DNA from: Balanoglossus misakiensis
Lineage: Eukaryota; Animalia; Hemichordata
Assembly: GCA_040954595.2 (NCBI GenBank)
Contig: CM082592.2
Span: 3,612,735-3,676,734, forward strand
Direction: 5' to 3'
DNA: 64,000 nucleotides
Shown here: in pieces, positions 55,984 to 64,000 of the stretch
Numbering within the stretch: the stretch's first letter is position 1
How the letters are laid out: each line of letters starts with the position of its first letter
Translations under genes and position numbers: made by a program
Notes under the pieces: model-generated
The model's database searches: none
Told to the model about the DNA's origin: nothing
The model's input: only the letters and a program-made list of their open reading frames with translations

Positions 55984-58861
55984 ATGGCAGGGTTAGACCA
56001 TCTATACCAATTTGCCGTCCTGCTTCCGTTTCACGACTCGATCTGTAAGTATACGGGTGAACCGAAATCGCCAAAAGACTTTCATTCCGTGTACTTCTGT
56101 ACAGGTGACCAATCATCGTCTACTCATTGCGAGGTTTACGCAGTTCCACCGGGTGAAAACGTTCCCTGGAAAATGTGTGATATTCCAACCAGCACCAATC
56201 TCATAGAAAAATGCAACAGAGGCAAAAATATCATGATATCAAAATCTGCGTTTAGAAATGCCCAATGGAAACGCGGTGCGTTCCGAAAGAAGTCCCGGAA
56301 AACACCGCAAAATTTAGACTCCGCCCAAGCTATAATGGCTATCGCAAACTTGTATTATACTCGTGCGATATGTACTGCAGATATACACGTACAAGTTTTT
56401 ATACAGGAGAAATATGACATATTCAGCGAGGGTGGATTCCGGATAGAACTATTGCATGATTTTTCGCACGATATTGACCGAGAAATTGGTGAATGCCTGG
56501 TACAGACTCATACAAACTTATCGATCTTTGGTAAGAACAGACTACACAGTCGGTTTTGTTTAGGGGTTAGGGTTAGGTGTTAAGATATCTATTTTTAGAG
56601 TGATGAATCCAACTATATTATTACGGAACGCTACATGGATTAAACTTAAACTCTGACTTGTTGATGTTTTCTGGTTTATGCACTCAATAGGATATCCCAA
56701 GGTCCTACACTACAAAGATCCCGTCCCAGCCAAGGTTAATAAAGAGTCGGTGATGGCAGCTTTGAATACTCCGGACAACTGGAGCGTTTTAATTGAATTT
56801 AACCCCGTATTGCGAGACGTACAAGCGTATAGTTTACAAGATCTAAACGTGTGTGCCGAGTGGGGTCACAGAGGTACTTCGAACATTCTGTTAATTTTTG
56901 CGATGGACAGAGATCGAGAAAATATGTTTGTGTTGTTATGGGCGTTACCGGCAAGTGCCATTCGCAAGATGTATATGCCAAATCCCGCCGACACAGAGGT
57001 TGTGATTTCTAATGATGTATTACAGAATGCCACGTTCGTATTTCACGTGTTGCATGCAGCGTCACCTTTACATAGACGCTGTTCATACGCCAGTAAGTTT
57101 CGACTGAAGAGAGATGCTATAAGTTTCAAACGAGCTATTGCCATGTACCCAACTTGCAACGAAACACATGCCCACGTGTTGGTAGAGCGGAAACAAGATC
57201 GTTGTCAGTATATGCGAAATGGTGCACGTATTTTATTCACGTACAATATTAACAGTAATTCGAACGCCATCATTTATGTTAAAGCCCCGCCCAGTTTTTT
57301 ACCGCGTAAAATAGCAACGTGTGAAATTCCCAATGATATATTACGCTCTGTATCAAATGAGACAATTATTCCGCCAGGAATCTTTGCGGAGGCGCATTTT
57401 TTAGAAAATGCGTGGGACTGGAACGACGAAATACCGACGGTCCAATTAAATCCATTTCAGATTATATACGCAGTGAAGGCTTTGTTTTCGGTGGGATTAG
57501 GTCAAGACAAGGATTGGAATCATCGTTTTACTGCAAGCAACGCGATTTGTTGGCCGTCTGATGACGTCATAACCACGACAGAACAATCATTCCTAAATAG
57601 GTGCTTTAAATTGCCCACATTTTCAACATGGACAGACGTAGAAAACGACATATTGTGTCAGGGCGACCGATCATATTCAAACCTATACTGTCACGCTGAC
57701 AAATGCACATATTGGTTAGCTCATCAGAGAACTTTCGTGGTTGTCGAGTCCAAACCATCGATTGAGTCTTATTTGACAACCCCTACTCGTGTTTTATACG
57801 TCGCAAACAAGTGGCATCCCGGAGCGGGGATAGCAGTATATTCGTGGAAAACTCGGGATATTCCGCGCCCACTTGCTATTATCGATAGATCTTCAGAATC
57901 GTTTGACAATATTTGGTCAATTTTGGGTAATTTTTCACGCGAGTGTATTGCTTTGCGCAACATACCAATGAATGCCAACAGAATTCAGACAGACTTACAC
58001 TTTGAGGGTCTACACGCGCAATCTGTCAAGCATTTCGTGGAAAACCCCGATTCGAAAATTTTCTTTGACGCTGGCTTGTTGTCATCGGATTCCAAGTGGT
58101 TCCCGGAAGCGTTCGCTATCTGGGAATATCCTCAGATCGAGGGACATGCGTGGGGGTTTGTCAACATGCTACAACGAGCCGTTTCTGTGTACGCCATGTA
58201 TCAGAAGTATGCATGTGGTTTTACCATAGAACAACCGGTGGCAAAACTAATGCAAGAAAAGATAGAAATTGCATCATGTGATCCAAATGCGGCATGTCTA
58301 CAAAAGATAAACACTATGGTCCGTAATGAATTCGAGAGAGCAGAATTGGTCTTCTGGTCGGCGTTGGTTGAGTTCAGACAAGATGTTAAACATTACGTTA
58401 CGGGATTACCGGTGGAAGTTAAATTCAGTTCAGGTGACATAGAAAAATCGAACAAACTATGTTGTTTCACTTTGGTTGGTACACACATACGACCCTTTTT
58501 GATTGCGCACCTGGACAAAGACGAAAGTTTGGTTGAAATGGTAGTTGATCTAAAGGTGATTAACTGTAATTATTTCAACCATGCAATGAGTTCTAACCAA
58601 TTCTACATTAACTTCGCGTACGGTATAGACAATTTCTCGTCCAGATGCCAACAAATGAACCAGTTTGAAATACTGGCTTGTTTATGGGCGATGGTAGAAC
58701 AACGGGGTCACACCATGAACGAAACATTGGTTAATCTGTTGAAGCGTCACATGGTAAAATACTTTGAACAAGACCTGACGTGCCCTGCCACTACACTTTC
58801 AGGCTTGCAGGTATGGGCGAAAGAGTGGCTGGATTCTCTCATAATTGACACATCCCTGTAA
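55984..58861 (+). CDS. hypothetical viral protein, 2 exons, ~905 aa
   Basis: Exons 55984-56530 and 56691-58861 joined by a 160-nt phase-1 intron (TTTG|gtaaga ... caatag|GA), fusing two track ORFs in frame. Confidence 0.65.
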
Positions 58862-59194
58862 TTGGCTACTGCCGCCAAACAAGACCACCGTCCGAGGAGA
58901 TATACGTTGGGGATTCACTCTGCGGCCGCTGAGGGCGTATGTATTCATGTCTGACAAAATTCCAATGGACTAACATAGTTATATGTCTGTTAGTACACGT
59001 CAGCTGGCATAGCCGGAAAACACGACAAGGCTAACCGCAGAAAGAGTGGCTGGATTCTCTCATAATTGACACATCCCTGTAATTGGCTACTGCCGCCAAA
59101 CAAGACCACCGTCCGAGGAGATATACGTTGGGGATTCACTCTGCGGCCGCTGAGGGCGTATGTATTCATGTCTGACAAAATTCCAATGGACTAA
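58820..59194. repeat. composite duplication of convergent gene 3' ends
   Basis: 58820-58973 repeats at 59041-59193; the intervening 58978-59036 is a diverged copy of the terminase 3' end (59423-59481). Confidence 0.85.
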
Positions 59195-59434
59195 ACATAG
59201 ACAGTTACTAAACTTTTATTAATAAATGTGTGCTTACCGAATAAAATACCTCATAACATTCAAAATGTGTGTATGGTTATTTCGATCGAAGCAATTACAA
59301 TTGATAAAAAAACAAACCACTGTGTCCTGATTAGCGCACTTTCACCTTGGGATGGTCAATGCAAGGTTTAAAAAGTCACAGCCAAATGGCGTTACAACTT
59401 GATATGTCCTTGAGCTCCTTTCGTTATATGTCTG

Positions 59435-61400
59435 TTAGTATACGTCAGCTGGTATATCCGGAAAACACGACCAGGCTAACCACAAAATGAATGCCATGGC
59501 CAAATCATCCCGTTTATTTAAAGCCTTTCCATTAAAGGACATTTTCCCGTCCACTTTAATACTCCGTTTAAAATCGCGCAACTGCGACAGAAGAATTTCC
59601 ATCATCGCATTTTGATCGTCTTGTGTCGGGGGCCTTGACATGCCTGAGGAATTCGTGAGACACTTGCCCACACTAATTAAATCATTTGCGAATGATACTA
59701 ACCCGTTTGTTACAATTAACTGAGCTAGGTGAACTAGATTTGCTTTATTGCGCGTCCAAATGCCAGTTTTCATCTTTCCGTCCCTTCCGGTTTCTGTTTC
59801 GAAGTGTGTCAATATACCTCGTTGGTCGAAGTAATCCCCTACCTCCCGAGACATTGCAGCAGAATGGGCGTGTGACGTGTTTCGTTCTATATAGATTCGA
59901 ACAGGATACTCCGATAACTTTGGGTATTGCTTGAATGCATATTCCACGGACTGGATGCACAAAATGGTATGCTTGTGTAATAGATTTTCAATGTCACGCT
60001 GCGATTCAGCTACCACGTGATCTAGAGCAACGATCTACGAGCGGAACAGACAAGGAGAAGTGGTTACGAAACAATTAAGTTATTTTTGTATAAGAGTGAG
60101 CCTCATATGTCAAACAAAACATTTAGTGTAGGATGTTATTACTCAAAACGTTCCATCTCCAACAGCACGATGTGGACCATTTAAAAAGCAGGCGAAACGC
60201 CTTCTTCGATTGGAAATACAGTATGGATAGACAGTTTTTCTCAGAATTTATTAATGGGATCATTAAAAGAGAAGGTCATCTGTCCAGCAGTTTACTTATA
60301 CAGTTTCTTGGTCGAGAGCATGGATGTCTCTACAAGGGCGTTCACGTCCACACGATAGTTGACTTCAAGATGGAAAAAACCATCGCCTGTGAGACGTGGC
60401 GTATTTTGTCGTGTCTGGAAGATTCTGTGTCTGCCGAACAAGATGGGTGTTTGTGCGCGTTCGAAGCAGTTTTACACATGGCAATTGAAATGTTTTCTAT
60501 AACGGTCAATGACCAGACAAACGCGTTATACAGGCGTGAAACCCCCAGGGAACTCCAGTGGATAATTGATCACATTGAAAAGACGATCATACATTTGCTT
60601 TCTCTGCATCAATTGTCAACGGACGAATCACCGCTATTAACAGCGGCATTACACATAGCTGTTATTGTAACATGTGCAATCAGACCTCCTACCGCCATTC
60701 AATTAGAGATCCCACGTGACCGCCTCGTGATACCCAAAGTAGTGTGTAATTTGTTCAACTTAAGATCAACTGAGACACAGATTCCTTTACTCTGAGAAAC
60801 AAGCATGGTATATATTGGAACAAATTGACGCAATCTACTTACAATCCGTTCATTACCACATTTAATTCCGGCAACTAGTCCTATGCCTGACACATTTGAT
60901 GGTGTGGGATCGATTACTAGTCTGAGTCCAGATGTTAAGAGGTGCTCGCTGACGTCAACTCGTTTTTCGACCAATTTATCTAGCGTTATGTCGGCAAACA
61001 GTCTCTCGCTAGATGTATCAATAAAATCTGCCACACCGAGGCACTCGCGTTCATAGGTTCCTTTTGCCAAGATGTCCATTAATATTCTGACTGGATTTCC
61101 TTCGCTAGAATCAATGTGCCTTGGAACCAGGTGGAGTTTATGGATACATACACCATGTACACCTTTCGATACACATTCTGAACACATGTACGTTTGAACG
61201 ATCGACTTGACAAGGGGTTTCCCCCCCCATGACATGTCCAACAATTTATAGGACCAGTGTTCTCTGTTTGCCATAGATGAAGTAAATAAAACCGACACTG
61301 TTTTAGGCTGAAAAATGGGCGCAGAAGTGATCAATGAATTATGTTTTACCCACGGAAACTCGTCCACCCAACCAAAACTACAACCGGCTCCTCTGGCAGC
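59435..61400 (-). CDS. UL15: DNA packaging terminase ATPase/nuclease subunit (UL15 homologue), last two exons
   Basis: Exons 61400-60843 and 60034-59435 (phase 0). AARG...WVDEF (Walker B), FTSS, YMC..C......C.H....P.HI, IDP...SGIG, IERN and DDLAMA match herpesvirus terminase motifs. The Walker A exon was not found and presumably lies beyond the window. Confidence 0.9.
60133..60795 (+). CDS. hypothetical protein nested in terminase intron
   Basis: 220-aa ORF lying within intron 60035-60842 on the opposite strand. Confidence 0.75.
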   Translation: MLLLKTFHLQQHDVDHLKSRRNAFFDWKYSMDRQFFSEFINGIIKREGHLSSSLLIQFLGREHGCLYKGVHVHTIVDFKMEKTIACETWRILSCLEDSVSAEQDGCLCAFEAVLHMAIEMFSITVNDQTNALYRRETPRELQWIIDHIEKTIIHLLSLHQLSTDESPLLTAALHIAVIVTCAIRPPTAIQLEIPRDRLVIPKVVCNLFNLRSTETQIPLL

Positions 61401-61554
61401 CTGAAATATATAATGATGAATATATATAAATATTAGTTAACAACGTTCACTTTTATGACGCTTAAGTGGGGTTGCTATACGTTTTAAACCCAGTGTAACA
61501 ATGCATCCATCACATTAATACCACGTCGCATTGACCTGTGCACAACGGTTTGAT

Positions 61555-62463
61555 ATGGAATTGGCTACGCGAACTGCTTTCCTGAGACAACACAACATAG
61601 GTGTATTTCACGTGGATATACAGCACAAGTGCACGGGCCAGTGTACAATGTTGAATCCATACGGCGTGGGGATGCATTACATATGTACGACTTCATTGAA
61701 ATATCACAACTGTGACGCAGACAGCGATCGGGACTGCCTGTTGGTTTGCACCGACGAAGGTCAAATTTGTAAACTGACCGGCCATGTCATACAAGGTAGC
61801 CAGGCGGCAAATGTTTATGTTGGCCTTGATAAACCAATGTATCCACACCCTTCCACCAGTTACGATCACAGTCGAATATCTGTGATACACAAAGACCAGA
61901 AAATGGAACTTTTATGTCACACGCTCGCTAGCACTATCTCAAAGTTGTTTCATGCAGACAATCGACGAAAATACAACCAGCTCACGAGGGTTCATTCTCG
62001 CTGCATCAACACAGCGTGCGCAAGGATAAAATGCGATCTATTAGAAGGACGTATGTCTTTTCCACAAGCATTACATCACCATATAAACAGTGCCGTGTAC
62101 ATTTTACATCAATTATTTTTCCCATACTCGCTGTTATCTACACTGGAAGCTTACGAGAGAAAAGTTATTTCAATTGTGTTGTCACACGTGCAAGGGAATC
62201 ATGGTCGTGGCGGGGACATTTCCATCCTTCTGGGAAATCCAGAAGCGACAGTATTGTACATTACGAAATGCGTGCTCGAAGGTTTTGGATGCGCAGGCTC
62301 CAATATATTTGACCCGATTTTCCGGTACATGGGACCGATGCCTTTGGATCGTCATTTGAAAGAAGTGTTTGATATAAATCCGCATAAGTTAACAAAGTGT
62401 TCCAAAATACTACAGGTAGTAATGACAAAATCATCGTGCATCCGAGCATTAAACAACATGTAG
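61555..62463 (+). CDS. UL92/ORF31-like (VLTF2-related) late transcription factor
   Basis: YIC.....HNCD......CLLVCTDEGQICKLTG matches the Cys-rich signature of betaherpes UL92 / gammaherpes ORF31. Confidence 0.75.
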   Translation: MELATRTAFLRQHNIGVFHVDIQHKCTGQCTMLNPYGVGMHYICTTSLKYHNCDADSDRDCLLVCTDEGQICKLTGHVIQGSQAANVYVGLDKPMYPHPSTSYDHSRISVIHKDQKMELLCHTLASTISKLFHADNRRKYNQLTRVHSRCINTACARIKCDLLEGRMSFPQALHHHINSAVYILHQLFFPYSLLSTLEAYERKVISIVLSHVQGNHGRGGDISILLGNPEATVLYITKCVLEGFGCAGSNIFDPIFRYMGPMPLDRHLKEVFDINPHKLTKCSKILQVVMTKSSCIRALNNM

Positions 62464-62963
62464 TCAATGCCATACCCTCATATAGTCGCACTGAATTTCA
62501 AGGTTGTATTTCAGAAGACGCGCTTTACTAGCAACTACGCATGCGCAACTATTATTGTCATTGTGATTTTGCTGATCCTAGAAGTAGTCAATGCCATACC
62601 CTCATATAGTCGCACTGAATGTCAAGGTTGTATTTCAGAAGACGCGCTTTACTAGCAACTACGCATGCGCAACTATTATTGTCATTGTGATTTCGCTGAG
62701 CCTAGAATTAGTCAATGCCATACCCTCATATAGTCGCACTGAATGTCAAGGTTGTATTTCAGAAGACGCGCTTTACTATCAACTACGCATGCGCAACTAT
62801 TATTGAAACTGACGCCGTGATTTCGCTGAGCCTAGAATTAGTCAATGCCATACCCTCATATAGTCGCACTGAATGTCAAGGTTGTATTTCAGAAGACGCG
62901 CTTTACTATCAACTACGCATGCGCAACTATTATTGACGATGACGCCGTGATTTTGCTGAGCCT
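62461..62963. repeat. tandem array, 124-130-bp unit x4
   Basis: Units carry GTCGCACTGAAT.TCAAGGTTGTATTTCAGAAGACGCGCTTTACTA and ACGCATGCGC. Confidence 0.92.
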
Positions 62964-63014
62964 ACCCTTATATAGCGATGTTACCAACTCGCAGCCCGTC
63001 ATATTGCTATCGCC

Positions 63015-63911
63015 ATGGCATCGTCGGGTGGTTCTCCATACCCTAGTGAAGTTTATAAATCAACGAGTTCCCGAGAGTTAAGTATCAGAGAAAGTTTATT
63101 GTTCACTGACAGCAGCTGTGTGGCCCTGGCTGAATCAAATCTGTACGTGAACACCGCTCGGCGTGTCCGATGTATTTGCTGCAAATTCAAACCTCGATAC
63201 TGTTTTTCACAAGCGCAAATAGGAGACTTGGTCTTCGAGCATTATGTGTTTAACCAATCCTGCTACAGCCATAATGAACACCGATATCCGAGAAGTGTAC
63301 ATGACAAAATGGACGGGTTGGGTCGCCTGTTGGCATTGCGTGAACTAAGGTTTACATTCGTTGAACTGATACGCCATTTGCGACAACGCAGGCCAGACGA
63401 TAGGTTCGAGGACCTTGTGTTCATGGCTATATACTGCATATCAGTAAACATTGTCGGTCCTGACGTTCATGTAAAAAGCATTTCTCTTTCTGCTATGAAG
63501 AACTATGCACGTCGCCATAACTATTATGAGCCAATGCGCAGATCCTTGTCTAACTACTTACACAAGGCCTTCGTGCAAGTCGTTGGTGATTTTCCTTGGG
63601 CAAACGTCCACCAACTATGTAGGGAAGCCTTTTCAAATCAAACGTTTATATTAGAATATTCCAGAACACGGGTTTCGTGCGACTTATGCCGTTTCAGCTT
63701 AGAACAGGTCCCATTACCACCGGATATCAAGGCCAAGTACATTTGTTGTAAAATATGTCTCGACAACCCCATCACGTTAATTGGTCAGTGCGGTCACCCA
63801 ATGTGTGAGTCGTGTTATAATAAAATGGCGTCAGTAAGTCCTGGTGGACAGTGTCCGTTTATTTTCTGTCAACAATCATTAGATTCCTTTATTGCTATAA
63901 GATTCCCGTAA
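63015..63911 (+). CDS. IAP-like protein (divergent BIR plus C-terminal RING finger)
   Basis: LAESNLY...VRCICC...EHYVFNQSC (BIR-like) and CKIC...CGHPMCESC...CP (RING). Confidence 0.75.
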   Translation: MASSGGSPYPSEVYKSTSSRELSIRESLLFTDSSCVALAESNLYVNTARRVRCICCKFKPRYCFSQAQIGDLVFEHYVFNQSCYSHNEHRYPRSVHDKMDGLGRLLALRELRFTFVELIRHLRQRRPDDRFEDLVFMAIYCISVNIVGPDVHVKSISLSAMKNYARRHNYYEPMRRSLSNYLHKAFVQVVGDFPWANVHQLCREAFSNQTFILEYSRTRVSCDLCRFSLEQVPLPPDIKAKYICCKICLDNPITLIGQCGHPMCESCYNKMASVSPGGQCPFIFCQQSLDSFIAIRFP

Positions 63912-63941
63912 AGTGTTATGGGTGTTGGCGGGACCTGAGCG

Positions 63942-64000
63942 AGTCGCACTGAATTTCAAGGTTGTAATTCAGAAGACGCGCTTTACTAGCAAACACGCAT
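63942..64000. repeat. further copy of the ~125-bp repeat, truncated by window end
   Basis: AGTCGCACTGAATTTCAAGGTTGTAATTCAGAAGACGCGCTTTACTAGC matches the 62461 array. Confidence 0.85.

Noticed and set aside
51308-58861. Assignment of large ORFs as capsid, portal or polymerase
   Set aside because: No diagnostic motifs could be recognised; profile searches are needed.
62467-63081. MPYPHIVALN... short ORFs
   Set aside because: Products of the ~125-bp repeat with inconsistent frames.
1-64000. tRNA, rRNA or prokaryotic operon features
   Set aside because: None recognisable; spliceosomal introns and AATAAA signals indicate eukaryotic Pol II expression.

Overview
This window looks like about 64 kb of a large herpesvirus-like DNA virus of an invertebrate animal (Herpesvirales, malacoherpes/alloherpes grade), possibly endogenised. 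Viral core genes recognisable from motifs are a spliced terminase ATPase subunit with nested opposite-strand genes in its introns, an AEP primase divergently paired with a large MCM-like AAA+ helicase, a UL92/VLTF2-like late transcription factor and a FEN1/XPG-like 5' nuclease. No DNA polymerase or major capsid protein could be recognised here. The accessory regions hold many host-like regulators, several keeping GT-AG introns that the ORF track misses: a Ubc12-like E2, two BTB proteins, a BIR-RING IAP, a Gfi-1 SNAG zinc-finger factor with altered DNA-contact residues, a TGF-beta-family ligand lacking the heel helix, an ESCRT-III/Snf7-like protein, a matrin/JAZ-type zinc-finger protein, an active/inactive metzincin pair, and a 4-exon gene with an in-frame TGA in a CxxU-like context. 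Non-coding DNA carries MITE-like elements of several apparent superfamilies, an 81-bp-arm palindrome and four tandem arrays (85, 74, ~400 and ~125 bp units). All assignments come from reading motifs by eye; no database search was run.
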